From contig CM119269.1 of assembly GCA_051294375.1 (NCBI GenBank), positions 6,309,919-6,373,918 on the forward strand: 64,000 nucleotides of DNA. Reading direction: 5' to 3'. This DNA is from Paraspadella gotoi. Lineage: Eukaryota; Animalia; Chaetognatha. Of the stretch, positions 1 to 13,641 are shown piece by piece (the stretch's first letter is position 1; each line of letters starts with the position of its first letter). The notes under the pieces are model-generated. The model made no database searches. It saw only the letters and a program-made list of their open reading frames with translations, and was not told where the DNA came from. Made by a program: the position numbers and the translations under genes.

Positions 1-2
1 AG

Positions 3-110
3 CGATTAAAGTTGCTGGAGCAACAAGACGCAGAGGCGGCTGGAGTTCCTTCTGAAGCGCCGGCTCTCGAGGCCCTAGAAGAGGCGCCCGCTCCGACCAA
101 CGGACAGTAG
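3..110 (+). CDS. 3' end of an upstream gene, partial and unidentified (…RLKLLEQQDAEAAGVPSEAPALEALEEAPAPTNGQ*)
   Basis: Open GC-rich frame from the window start to TAG at 108-110, with composition like neighbouring exons. Confidence 0.65.
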   Translation, partial: RLKLLEQQDAEAAGVPSEAPALEALEEAPAPTNGQ

Positions 111-136
111 GAGGTCGCGAAAGACTGTCACTCCCC

Positions 137-931
137 ATGTCAGGGTCGATCCCCGTGAACAGCTCGAGACCGTCGCCGGCCGCGGTGGTTCTGCTCTCCG
201 GGAAGCGAAAATCAGGCAAAGACTTCATCGCCGACCGATTGGCCGAACGTCTTGCGCCCCGTCGGGTTTTTGTTGTTAGATTAAGCGCTCCACTCAAGAG
301 GCAATACGCGCTGGAAAATGGGCTCGACTTTAAAAGGCTGCTGGATTCCTCCGGATATAAGGAGTTACATCGAAAAGGTTAGCGGGTGAAATAAATATTT
401 TAGATGCTTTTTATTAGTAACTTAAAGTTAGTATCCGCTTGTTTGTCTTTTTTCTTTTAGCCATGGTCGTTTGGGGAGAAAAGAAGCGAGACTGCGATCG
501 CGGATTCTTCTGTCGCGCCGCCATCGATGACGCTCTTCTCGGCGTCGACGACGAGGTCGTCGGGGAAAGCGTTTGGATCGTGCCCGACGCCCGACGACTC
601 TCCGACCTCCAGTTTTTTCGGAACTTTTTTTCCGACTGCCTGGTGATTCTGACTTTCGTCGCGTCTACGCGTCGAGGCCTAAATATTAAGAGACTATCGA
701 GCCTTTTTATTTCCATCACTCTTTCAGATGACTGTGCGCGTTCGGGCCTCGGAAGAAACTCGACGCGGTCGCGGGTGGGCGTGGTCTGCTGGTGTGGATG
801 ACGCGGAGACGGAGTGCGGACTGGACGCCGTGTCCGAATGGGACGTCGTGGTTGATAACGAAGGCGTCGACGGAGAGTTGGAAGAGTTGTTCAGAACATT
901 GGAATATGCCTTCGTGAAACACTCGCCGTAA
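137..931 (+). CDS. PMVK: Phosphomevalonate kinase, animal type; exons 137-377, 461-642, 728-931
   Basis: LLSGKRKSGKDF P-loop, RLSAPLKRQYA, YKE.HR..MVVWGEKKR, W.V.DARR.SD and GVDDAETECGLD motifs; GT-AG introns are phase-compatible. Confidence 0.95.
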
Positions 932-1170
932 ATTCTTCGTCTTTTGGAGGGCCTTTCTGCTCTGATTATTATTGTTAAATGTTCAATGTGTTAAATATTC
1001 TAGCTTATATATAATTTAAATATTCTTTTTCTGATATTTTCTTTAGATTCCAAGTATGACTAACATGACTCGTAGCCTTCAACGTCGCTATTCACCGTAA
1101 TAACCTTTCCGATTTTAAACTCACGTGATATTCCGCATGATAAAAAAAATAAGCCCTCGAAAGAAAAAAT

Positions 1171-1808
1171 ATGATTGTCTCGGACACCAGCGCCCTCTTG
1201 TTTGATCTCTTTCTATTTCTCTCTTGGTTCCGCGGCACTTACGCAGACGGCTCCGAAGATGTCGCCGCATCTCTTAATGATACGGCTTCATCGACGGCGG
1301 CGCCTGTCGTGGAGACCACCGCATTTCCTTCAAACGGGACATACCCCGGCAGAATTGGCGACCTCTGGCAGAATCGCGGGATGATTCTGAGGATGACCTA
1401 TGTCTTAGTCGGCGTCTCTCTCCTCGTCCTTTGCTACTTTCTCGTCAAGGCGATTAGGATGAGGAGGAAAAGGTTAAATCACTTTGGAAAACAATTAAAT
1501 CACGGTAACAGGGGATTGCCTATTAATATATTTAATTCCAGTTCGTTTGCGTTTGTTTACAGAACAAAACCTCGCAAGTACGGAGTGCTTATAAACGAGG
1601 ATAAAATGGAGATATCAGCCCTGAGGGATGACGAGGACGACGACGAAGTACGATTGCGCATAATTGTGTATTTTGAATTGTAAAGGACGGTGACTTGTAC
1701 TCATGATTTTGTTTTTTTTTCTAGGTTGAAGTTTTTGAGGTCAACGGATCAAACATCCGGGGTGGGAGAACTTCTGACGGTGGCGCCGCTACTCGCCTTT
1801 TGCCTTAA
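1171..1808 (+). CDS. FAM174: FAM174 (DUF1180)-like single-pass membrane protein, 3 exons
   Basis: Signal peptide, S/T-rich ectodomain, TM helix YVLVGVSLLVLCYFLV, then RKYGVL…MEI..L.DDEDDDE..VFE tail typical of FAM174. Confidence 0.8.
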
Positions 1809-2651
1809 GTAGCGCCATTGTCGACAGTGAGAGCGGCCCCCCTATTTGCCACGTGGTTACAAACTCATGCCATGCCAGGAAAAAAACCTGGCCAAACATA
1901 AGTCATATCAAAAATGAATCTACTTCGATTTGATGCCAATTGAAAGTAAAAATCGCCTCAGAACTTGTCCAGACTCACTTTGGCGCAATATTTTTCAAAC
2001 TGGTTGTTAGATTTTAAAAAAAAATGATTATGGGATGTTGTAAGAATCTGTGGATTTTTGGAATTCCTAAAACAAAAACTCGATGGTGTGGTATTGGTAT
2101 CATTTTGCTCTACCACACTCTACCAAACTACCACAAAGGCGTTTTTCATATTCGGAGCCTCCTTTTATGTTTTTCCGCCATTTCTATAAAATTATAGTAA
2201 GGTCAGTAGTACGTCCTAAAAGTATTTATTTCTATAGATTCAAGTTATTTTTAGAATAGTGAAGATATAAATTTGCTGAATTAATGTTTATCGGCTGTCG
2301 TCATCAGCGACAGGACATGAGAAAGTTGTATCCTTCGTTCATTGCCTAATTTGATTCGTCCGTATTCTTGTTACATTCGTTCGCCTCGTTACCTTCAAGA
2401 TTCTTAAACGATAATTTGATCTTCGCCACGAACAAAAAAAAAAACTTTTTCCAATCTTTCGTCCACCCGGATGAAGGTCATGAATTGAACGGACGTTCAT
2501 CCACGGATCTTTTAGCGTCGGCAATGATTTTTCGAATCGCGTCGTCTTTTTCGCTTTCGCTCGACTCAACTCTGCACCTGCCCTCTGCCGCCAAGCGCGC
2601 TCAACGAGCCCTGTCTGTCGCGGAACCGTCTCCGCTCGAGACGTGTCCGCC

Positions 2652-5600
2652 ATGGACCGGGAACTCGGACCCTCGAGAAAGGAGAGACTCACGCGGATGG
2701 TGAGCGATCCCGGCGTCTTGTTGCCGCGAGAGGGCGCCTTCGATCGGCGACTTTCGGAGGCCCGAACCGCGCCCGCGGCTAGAATGCGGGTGCCGCAAAG
2801 GTGATATAACTTATAAGAGAAATGAGAATTAAACCATGTCTGTTATCAGTTACGGTTCATTTCAGGACGACAGTCCCGGCCGAGGACACTTTGGCTCAAA
2901 TCGCGCTGGACGCGGAGTCGCGTTTGGCGGCGAAACGTCGCGAGCGCGCCGAGAGGCGGACGATCAAACTCGCAGAAATCAAAAGACGACAGACGATCGA
3001 GGAGGAAGAGCGAAAGGCCGCCGGAATCAAGTCTCCCTCGGGTAAGAATCAATCAAGTTAGTTTATATACTTATAGTATGCTATGAATTTTAGAATGTTT
3101 TTTTTTGTTGCATGCAACGTGTGACTCACAGGTCACCCCAGATTCTATATCTCAAATGATGTCCGTAGTGAAAGTCGCATATGAAAATTCTAATGGTTAT
3201 TTACGAACAACGTACCACCAGTAAACATTAATTTATTAAAAAAAAAAAATTTTGTTTTTTAATTTTCGCAGTAGGCTCTATTTTTATATAGTACTTTCCT
3301 TAGGAGAAAAACAATTTTTATTTGTTTTGACAACGAATTTTAGTGACAATTTGACAGACATGTTTCGACTCTGTATTTTTAGAGTCTTCAACACTAGTCT
3401 TCAACACTAATGCCCATAAACAACGAAATCGAAAGTCTATACACAGTACTTTCCTTAAAAAATCCTAAATTAAAAAAAACTATATTTTATATAAAAATTT
3501 AATGTTCTACTTAAAATAAAGGTTTTTTTATACATTAATAATGTTCATTAGTGCAACATTGTTCATTCCTCACTTTTAGAATTTTAATTAAAGTTATATT
3601 TATAATTTTTACTACGCCTTAATGTCTGTCCCTAAGAAAATTATTATTATTATAATTCTAATTATTATTACTATTGGCCGGTGTTAACTGCATCCATTAT
3701 AATATTATTCAAGTAATAGTTCCATCCAACTTCCTTTTGACGAAAGAGCTTCAAAACTATATTTACCTATGCGAATGATGTACGTAACGCTAATGTCGAT
3801 CTTCATCTTTTAAGATCCTTGATATATTTTTCGACAACCACCTGTTTTGAGAGATTTTCTGTCTGCCCTCAGCGCGAGAATGGGGACCCGCTTGCTTCCC
3901 GAATTCGCTTGATTGAGTTGCCGCCTCATGTAGATGGAGTTGCTTGACTTTGTCCCCTGATCTCTTTTTTCTTGTTCGCATTTATTGTTAACATAGGAAC
4001 TTTTTGCAACCATTCCTGCAATAATTTGTTTGCTCTGTTTTCCTGTTTACCACGTCATTCTCGACTAATTTGTTACTCCGACAAAACCGGTTTAATTTTT
4101 TACGTCGATGCTTTCTTCTGCATATTGGGGTTTTTCTGTATAATTTAGGCTTTGCCGTTTTCGCTTTTACGATTAAAACGTTTTCGTAATGGACTGGATT
4201 AAATCACTCTTACGTGAGTCACCAATTTACTAGGGTTCGAATTGTATTCAACGCAATTAGAAAATATATTTGTCATTTTTTTTATCAGTTCTTTTTTAAA
4301 ATTTATACATATTAACTTTTCAAAAAACCGGTTTTAGAATATATTTACGTATTAATTACAGAGATATAAATAATTTTCTAAGTTGAAAAACATTTTTATA
4401 TGATGCTTAATTTTCAACGGCGTTAAAAATTAGTAATTAGTACTTGCGTCGTTATTTACAGAAAACTTGTAATCTAAAGTTTTGCCCCATCATCGACGCT
4501 TTAGAGAACGGCGACGGGATGGCTTCCAGCGCGTCGTCAACTTCGTCCGGATTAGAAAAAGAGGGTCGCCTCAGGAGCGAGAGTCAATCATCTCTTCCCA
4601 AGGAGCGCGCTGAATCTTTCGAACCTGCTCGTCCGGGTAAGTTCGTATCGCTATAACGTTATTTCCACCAGTTTAGAAAACAATTCCTTTAAGCCGCAAC
4701 TTTTTCGATGATTCAATTGATTCTCGTTACGTCACTTTAGACGTTCTGCCACGAAGCGGCAGCGCGAGCGGACGCCGCGGCAGCGACGCCTCCTCCCATT
4801 CGAACGACGCAGACGGAGAGTCGCGTTTCGTTGCTCACCGAGAACACAAGGAGCTCAAGCAAAAGTTCTCCGAGTTGGAGGAAAAGTTCAAGAAGTGCAT
4901 GTTGACCAACGAACAGCTGGACAACGAAAAGTCCGCCCTTGCCTACAAGCTCGACCTTTACCAGGACAAGTACGATGAACAGACGGAACACTTGGCCGAG
5001 GCCGAGCGGATGCGACGAGAGAAAGCGCGGGAAGTTGACCGCGGGAAGAGGGAGATCGCCGAACTCGAGCGTAACGTCGGCCTGCTACGTCTGCAGCTTC
5101 AGCAGCGGCAGGACCTGATCGAGGAGCACGGACTCGTTTTAATCGGCGGTGAAATCGTCGACGTCGCGCAAGACGAGGGTGATGGAAGCGGCGACGCTAA
5201 CAAGACGTCCATAGTCGGCTCGGCGGCGCTCGTCACGCCGGCGGCCGCGGCGTTGCTGCAAAAGTCGGCCGGCGTTGAGGGAACTTTGGATGCTCGGCTC
5301 CGGCAGTTCGCCGTCGAGAAGGAGGAATTGCGGGAGACGGTTCGTCGTTTGAAGGCGGAGTTGGAGACGTCGAAGGCCTCTCCCAACGTCGTCGTCACGA
5401 ACGGACTTCACAACAACGACGACGACCCCCACGGCACCATCGAGGAGATCGACGACGTCTCAAAAGTCAAAGAGGATCGAAAGAAACTAGAAGAGAGCAA
5501 GCTGAAGCTGGCCAAAGCAGAGCTGGAGATGACCAACCTCGAAGCCACCGTCGCCCGCTTGGAGCAACAAATCAAACGCCATCAAGAACTGCTCGTCGAA

Positions 5601-5777
5601 AGCGAGCGGTCCGAGGAAGAGCAGAAGACGGAGAAGCGAAAGTTGCAGCGAGAGTTGAGAGACGCCATGGTGCAGGTGGAGGAACTCACCACCGCCAACA
5701 AGCACCTGCAGACGAGACTCGAAAAGGTCAGGGCCGTCAAGGGAAACCTGCAGAGCGAACTCAACAAACCTATTTAA
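2652..5777 (+). CDS. LRRFIP2: LRRFIP1/2-like coiled-coil protein; exons about 2652-2800, 2866-3041, 4504-4637, 4741-5777
   Basis: N-terminal EDTLAQIALDAESRLAAKRRERAE and coiled coil EEKFKKCMLTNEQLDNEKSALAYKLD…KTEKRKLQRELR…NKHLQTRLEK. Start ATG is in ccgccATGg context; in-frame ATGs at 2697 and 2784 are alternatives. Confidence 0.9.
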
Positions 5778-7013
5778 AAAAGGGAGAACAAAAATTAGAT
5801 TTTAAGGATAGATAATAATTATTGTTCTACTATTATTGTGATACGCATGCGCTTCCATTCGGTTTTTCTAAACGGCAGCTCCATATTTTTTTACATAGAT
5901 GGTAGGTAAGCTGATGAAAATGGACTAAATATAAAATATCTTTTTTTTGCTTTTTACATGTAGTCTTTCTGGCAAACAAAAAACTGCTGCATTAGTCGAT
6001 GAAACTATAGTTTGCCATTTAGAAAATTTACGTCTAAAAAGCGGGGTTTTTTCCCTTAATTTACCGGTCAGTGATCGACTATCTTTTCCGGCTTTTTTTA
6101 CTCTTTGGACTTAAAATTGAATGGTCCACAGTATATAGTTTTTTTCGATGTTTTCCAGCTCCTCGGCGAAACCTTTGTGAGCGCTTATTGTAGTAAGGGA
6201 GTATTAATATTTCCGTCGTATGCTCAATATATATATATATTATATTCAGTAATCATATTTACTATAGTCTTGCGGTCGCGCCTTCACCCCGTCTATTTTC
6301 TGCTTGAATTTTCTTCCTCATGATTCTGTTTTCGATCGGAATCACGTTTCGTAGAAAGAAATTCGTTAATTAAACAAATTTTTCTTATATATATATATAT
6401 GTACCAACAAATTGCCTTCCAAATAGCAATCGCACTTAAGATTGTGGAGCCGCGAATGGCGAGTTTGAAGGAGAAATATTATGGGCTTTTATATGAATCA
6501 TGATCGCGGCTCGGTCCGAGATTCGGTTTTCGTCCAGTGCCATTAAATCCTCTGTTTTCCTCACCCTCTGAGGGCCTTGCCTTAATCGTTAATGTTGGTG
6601 AAAGAGAGCACGCGGTCAAACGAGTTCTTTCGGGACGTTTTTTTTTTTTTTTTGGTAAGGTTTTAAAATAATGTAATGTAAATACGTTTTCTTCGTTAAA
6701 TGAACGCTAAATAAATAATTGTTTTATTATATTTTGAGATTTGTTGGCCTTTACGTCCACATTGTCTGGTGATGAGCTTATTTGTTTAGCCTCGCGTTTC
6801 AGAAATCCCCCTTGTTGCCTTGTTCGCCAGGCCGTTGTTCGCCCATTTATTTATCATTGTAAATTTGGTCAATTTTTTTTTTCTGTCCGTTGGATCTTGA
6901 AGAACCTCGCCTTTTTACGTTTCAGGCAGGAAAAAAAAAGTTTACGTAAACATCTATCATTCCAGAGACGATTTTGGTTAAAAAGAGAAGAGATAAGTTA
7001 AAACTCGTACAAG

Positions 7014-9160
7014 ATGGCGACGGTCGCGCAACACAATAAAAAGAAAATATGTTACTATTACGACGGAGACGTGGGAAATTACTACTATGGACAGGGGCAT
7101 CCGATGAAACCGCACAGAATTCGCATGACTCACAATTTGCTCCTAAACTACGGACTCTACCGCAAGATGGAGATCTACCGGCCACACAAAGCCACCATGG
7201 AGGAGATGACCAAGTACCACAGCGACGACTACGTTCGGTTTTTGCGAAGCATTCGACCCGACAATATGTCCGATTACAATAAACAGGTCTGAAGCTGTAC
7301 TTGTTTAGAGACGACTCTTTCAATCTCTCTACCACTTTTTATCTTTCGAATCGCCTCTTTCTAACTTTTCTTTCTTCTTCTTTCTTCAGATGCAGCGGTT
7401 CAACGTGGGCGAGGACTGTCCCGTCTTCGACGGTCTTTACGAGTTCTGCCAGATCTCGACTGGCGGCTCCGTCGCCGGCGCCGTCAAGCTCAACAAGCAG
7501 GCGACAGACATCGCCATCAACTGGGCGGGCGGGCTCCACCACGCCAAAAAGTCTGAGGCGTCGGGGTTTTGCTACGTCAACGACATCGTCCTCGCCATCC
7601 TCGAGCTGCTCAAGTATCACCAGCGCGTTCTATACGTGGACATCGACATCCACCACGGAGACGGAGTCGAGGAGGCCTTCTACACCACCGATCGAGTCAT
7701 GACCGTCTCCTTTCATAAGGTAACCCTTTCGAAATTCTTAACATAAATTTCAATAAGAAAATAATATTGATATTCTTTTATACTGTTCCTCACCCTCCGC
7801 CCAGTACGGGGAATACTTTCCCGGAACCGGAGATTTGCGCGACATCGGCGCCGGAAAAGGGAAATATTACGCCGTCAATTTTCCCCTGCGCGACGGCATC
7901 GACGATGACTCTTATCAATCGATCTTCCAGCCCGTCATGTCGAAAGTGAGCGAGAGAGAGAGAGCGAGAGCGATTTGACAGACGAAATCTTAATTCTTGT
8001 TAAACTTTTGCCTAGGTGATGGAGCGTTTTCAGCCGTCGGCCATCGTCCTGCAGTGTGGTGCCGATTCTCTTACTGGGGATAGACTTGGCTGCTTCAACT
8101 TAACCCTCAAAGGTCACGCCAAATGCGTGGAGTTTATGAAGGGCTTCAACCTTCCGCTGCTCATGCTCGGCGGTGGAGGCTACACCATCCGGAATGTTGC
8201 CAGGTACGCGGATTTATTAACTGAGCGTGAGGGAAAATTGAACAAATACTTAACTACGCTTCAGTACAATCCCAGACAAAAATCATATAATTTTTATATC
8301 CCAATCACGTTCAGATGCTGGACGTTCGAAACGGCGACGGCCCTCGACGTCGACATTCCCAACGAACTCCCCTACAACGATTACTTCGAGTATTACGGCC
8401 CCGACTTCAAACTCCACATCTCTCCCAGTAACATGGCCAACCAAAATACCACGGTAGTCATAATCCGTCAAAAGGGATTATTTAATTATTGTAGATTCGT
8501 TAAGAAATATGAATTGCATTTTTATTAGGAGTATATGGAAAAGATAAAGACGCGACTTTTCGAGAATCTCCGAATGTTGCCCCACGCCCCCGGAGTCCAG
8601 ATGCAGACGACGCCCGAAGACGCCATCAACGATGAGAGCGACGACGAGGAGAAGGAAGATCCCGACAAACGAGTTTCAATCCGCGCCAGGTAGTTTGTTA
8701 GGTCTTTTTTTTAATTATGCTATAATTATTAATTAATCTTCGTTGTTTTTCAGTGACAAACGCATCGCGTGCGACGAGGAATTTAGCGAATCCGAAGACG
8801 AGGGTGATCCCTCTTCCGGCGCCGGCGGTCGACGAGACCGGACCCATCGCCGGAAAAAACCCAGGACCGACGCCGCCGCGGCCGGATCGAGCGCGGGTGA
8901 GGGGCGCCGGCGCTGCAATGTTTTAAAATTCGGTCGTTGAAATTAATTTCTTTCCCTGAAATCAATTCTAATTAGGAAAAGACGCCGATTCCAAAGAAGG
9001 CGGGGACGATTCTGGGTCAAAAGACGCCGAGGCGAAGGAAAACAGCGCAGCCGGAACCTCGGAAGCGCCGGCTTCGAGTTCGGGCGTCGCCTCCGGCAAG
9101 ACGACCGAAGTCGCCGCGTCATCCTCAAAAGACTCAGCGCCCGACTCTTCTACAAAATGA
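7014..9160 (+). CDS. HDAC1: Class I histone deacetylase HDAC1/2 (Rpd3), about 8 exons
   Basis: [66 protein letters not shown] and [17 protein letters not shown] motifs. Confidence 0.98.
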
Positions 9161-9621
9161 TCCTTTTTTTTTTTAATTTCGCATTCAGTCATTTTAGTCA
9201 TTTATCAGTTAAAGCGAATAGAATGCTTTAGGTTTTTTTGTTTTCATTCCCCATCTTGTCATTTTGGCATCGTTGTTTGGTCTCGATCTTTTGACCTTTT
9301 TTCTTTATAAGACAAACTTTAACGAGGAAAAAAAGTGTGATATTTAATTTTTTTCGCCGCCGTTTGTTGCTAGACGTAATTCATCGGAACAAAGTCACGA
9401 GAAAGACAATCTCACATTGAAAGTCAGAAAGTTTTTATTTAGCTCGCATCCCTCAACGCAACCCATGCCCGTTGTTTCTCTACATTCTTGTATATTGTGT
9501 TTTTTTTTGTTGTTTTTTTTTCATAAAGGACTTCATTTCGACTATTTCCAAGTATTTTAACCAAATGTTTTTCTTCTTAATACGTTAGATTTTTGTTAGA
9601 AGCTTCCGACAAATAGGAAGC

Positions 9622-11432
9622 ATGGACGTATACATGAGCAGTTTGGAGGAATACCTGTTCGACGAAGGACGGACGGTGACGTAAGTCGAGGGCCTCAGCG
9701 ATGCTTTTAATTTAAAGGTTCTCTTTAGCCATCGTCTTTTTCTCTCTGGCAGCTACAAATGGCTGAGCTGTACCCTCGATGTCCACGTCAACGTAGCCAA
9801 ACAAATGCTCTGGCACTTTTTGGAATCAAAGGGCGAGGGGCTGACGGCGGTGTTTCTCCTCGCCGGCGAAAGGGAAGAGCCCGCCACGCGGACGACCAGC
9901 CTCGTCGTGAAACTCGTTCGTCAAACTGGTTTGGAAGAAGCCAAGAAAAGTTTGAAGACCGTCGTTGGCCTTCACGTTTACAGGTAGTTTATTTTTTGGT
10001 TTGTTTAAAAGATAAATCCTTCCTGTCAAAGATAGATCCTCCCAGTCTCAGCAAAAGCGCGGTCAAAGACTCTTCGTCTCTCTTGTTGGCGAACAGAGAG
10101 TCGGCTTCTTTTTCCTCCCGCGCCAACTCGGCCGTCGTCTCGGATTCTTTACGAGTTCTCTCAGAAGAAGAGGCTCTGGCGAGACGGAACTCTGTCTCGG
10201 CGCAGTTGCAATCCGTTCCAAAGTCGTCGACGGGCGCCGCTAAAGTCGCCAAGAAATTGGAAAAGAACGAGGAGAAAAAGCCTGATGTCAACGGCGCCGG
10301 TAGTGGACCAAAAGGAAAGGCACCGGCCGGCGTCGCCGCCATGTTTGGCAATGCCAAGGTCAAGCAGAAGACGGCATCGCGACCCGTCAAGGCGTCCGAC
10401 GAAGTCGTTGAGATTAAAAAAGAGGATCCGTCGGACGACTCCAAGCCCGTCGCCGTCGCCGTCGCCAAGGCATCAGCCAAGGCCAAGTCCGCGGCGAAGA
10501 CCTCCTCCATCGGGTCGATGTTCGCCAAACAAGCGGGGAAAGTGAAGAAAGAAAAGGAGGAACCAAAGAAAGAGACGACGACAACCGAGCCGACGAATAA
10601 GCCGACGATAAAGGAGGAAGCGAAAGACAGTCCCACTGAAAGAGAAAAGAGTTTGAAAGACAGTGTGGCAGGCGATACCAAACCGATAAGCAAACCAGAG
10701 GAAAAAAAGGAAAAAACGCCAAAAGTTCAAATTGAAAAGTCGGAAAAACGAAAGCACAACGCCGCCGAGGATGACAGCGACGCCGGGAAAAAGGTCAAAA
10801 GGCGCCGGGTGAGGCAGATGTCCGACTCGAGCGACGAAGAGACTCCGATGGAGGCGGAAGAAGTTGAGGAGGAGGAAAAGGAGGTCGAGAAAAAGGAAAA
10901 CGAAGATCCTAGGTTCGAAAAATTTTTTTATGGAAATGTTTATTTCGTTTTCGTCATTTTCTTTTTTTAAGATGTGTTACGTTTCAAAATTTATCGTTTC
11001 AGCTCCAAATCGACGGGATCTCAGAAACGACCTCTTTTGAGCGACGACGACGACGTGATTCCCGCCACGCCCCCGCCAGCCGCGACTTCGGCGGGAAAGA
11101 AGAAATTGATTAAGATTCGTCGTCTCAAAGATAAAACCTACGTGGACGAGGAAGGGAATTTTGTGACGGAGAAAGTGATGGGTTCGGAGGAAGAGGAAGA
11201 GGAGGAGGAGGAAGAAAACTCGCGTCTTGGTCAGGTAAAACAAATGTTTCAGGAGAAGAAAGATAGGGCGGAGAAAGCGGCGAGGGAGAGGGAGGATAGG
11301 GAGAGAGAGATGACGGCGATGGAGGACGAGGGTGAGGAGAAGAAGAAGAAGAAATCTGTCGCGGCTAAAAAGAAGAACTCGCCGGCGTTCGGAAAACAGA
11401 TGACGATATCCACGTTTTTCAAAAAAAAATAA
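9622..11432 (+). CDS. POLD3: DNA polymerase delta subunit 3 (p66/Cdc27)
   Basis: N-terminal VTYKWLSCTLDVHVNVAKQMLW, KTYVDEEGNFVTEKV and a C-terminal PIP box KQMTISTFFKKK. Confidence 0.93.
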
Positions 11433-11659
11433 TTTTACTATTTGTCATTGTTTCGAGCTGAACGTGGATAGTTGTTTTTGTTGAATTCTCGTTTGTTGAT
11501 TTTCACGAATTTTTTTGTTATATATATATATAAATCGTTAAACGTTATTTGCGGAATTTGTGATATGTTTTTATTATTCCGATGAAGAGATTTTTATTTT
11601 GCATGCTGGTTTAAAAAACAATAACAATCTTTGAATCTGGTAAGCGGGTCAATTTGGCG

Positions 11660-12968
11660 ATGGCCTTCAACAGCATCCGTCGGATTTTCTCTCGCAAATC
11701 CCGCTCCGACCCCAGGATGGGAAACGCCAACGGCGTCAAGAATCCCTGCGGCGAAGCGGACGCCAAGTCTCCCGTCGAGATCAAGTATTCGCTCTCTAAC
11801 GGCGTCACGTTGAACAACGCCAAATGTCGAAATTCCTCTTATCCGCAAGATCCCGCCATCGAGAGGTTTCACGTTCCCGACGACAAAGTGTCTTGGGCGC
11901 AAGCGTGGAAGGAGTATACCCCTGGTAAAGTGATTACGAATGTCGAATAACCAGAAGAGCAAATCGTCGAAATTAAAGCAACGAATCATCCTTCAGTCGA
12001 TTACACGTCTCCTGTGGTCGCTCAACATCCTCCCTGGGCCGATCCTGACATCCCCGACCGCAAATTCGCGTGGAACGAGAGAGACGGGAAAGTTAATCGC
12101 CATAGTTTCGTCAAAGACTATGAAATCGTCGATGGGAGACCACGAAATCCCGTCGGCAGAACCGGAATTGTCGGTCGGGGTTTGTTGGGTAAGTTGCGCC
12201 GCTTTGGTCTGTCCGATCCGTTTCTTCTACCTACGGCCTCTTTTCGCTCAAAAAAGGAAAGTGGGGCCCCAACCACGCGGCTGATCCCATAGTGACGCGA
12301 TGGAAACGAGACTCAAGCGGAAACAAGGTGCTCGACTCAACCTCAAAACGCCCCATTCTTCAGTTCGTCTCCATTCAGCGCAAAGATTCTGGCACATGGG
12401 CTATCCCGGGTAATTAAGGATTTCATTCTTATTTGTTTTTTAGGATAACAGCAACAACGTCCTTGTTTCCTCCTCCAGGAGGCATGGTTGACGACGACGA
12501 AGAAGTCAGTCTCACATTGAAGAGAGAATTTGGCGAAGAGGCTCTCAATTCCCTGAAACTATCGGCCAAAGAACAGGCCCAGTTCGAAAACGAGCTCAAG
12601 ACTTTCTTTCTCAAGGGATACGAAGTTTACAAAGGTAGTGGCTTTCGTCAATCTTCCACTCTTTGTCGTAATGATAATTTATTGATAATTAATAATTAAT
12701 AATAATATTAATTAATTAATAATTACTAATTGTTTTGTTTACAGGCTACGTGGACGACCCCCGCAATACGGACAACGCTTGGATGGAAACGGTGGCGGTG
12801 AATTTCCACGACGACGACGGGACGCAAGTCGGACGATTTCCACTCTCGGCCGGCGACGACGCGGGCGCCGTTGCCTGGTCGGACATTGCAGATGGCCTTT
12901 CGCTCTACGCCAGCCACGCCCAGTTCGTGCGCAAAGTGGCGGATCTTCGAAACGCCCATTGGGAGTGA
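11660..12968 (+). CDS. NUDT9: ADP-ribose pyrophosphatase NUDT9
   Basis: [43 protein letters not shown], Nudix box PGGMVD…LKREFGEE and [16 protein letters not shown]. Confidence 0.96.
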
Positions 12969-13641
12969 AGCCGTCGTAGGGAGGAGGGGGGAGCGATTTG
13001 AATTAAGCCCCCTCGACGTCGCCGCCTCGACGTCGCCTCCTCGTCTTCTTATTTTGAGCGCTTGCGAAGTGTGATCTGCCTTCCGATTTAGATTAATGAT
13101 ATTTATTATAAAAAAAAAAAAAAAAAAATAACAAAAACTTTGCCTTGAAATGAAAAGACAATCGATGAAAAACAAACTGTGATCGTTTTTTCATTATTTT
13201 CCGTTGCCTTCTTGGTCGATGTTTTTTCGTATTTCCGCATGTCTCGATTTCTAAACTTCATTCCGCTTTCCCCTTTTTTCTATTTATATTCGGATAGTTC
13301 GAAATCTTTGTTTTTTTAATTTGGGATTTTCTTTCATCCTAATTATCTTTTTCTGACTTTCAGAGCGGAGAACAAAGCCGTCTTTTTTTTAAGGGCACAT
13401 TATCGTTTGGAAGGTCAAGCAATCCCTTGTCCGTCTAAACTTCGATTGCCCGCTCAAGAAAAAGATGCCTCATTGTTTCTGCGACTTCACCCTGAATAAT
13501 TTTGACTTAGAAGAATAAAGACTGTACTTATACCAGTTTTACCCACGACAACAACCACGATCCTTAGCTTCGTTTTTTTCATTTTTATTATACCTCGCAA
13601 TCACGATCAAGTCGTAGGACTTTTGTTATTATTTTTGGAAA

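Noticed and set aside
3790-4013. GC-richer island with short minus-strand ORFs in the long LRRFIP intron
   Set aside because: It has no recognisable protein motif or phase-consistent exon; it is probably a decayed repeat, but I cannot support a call.
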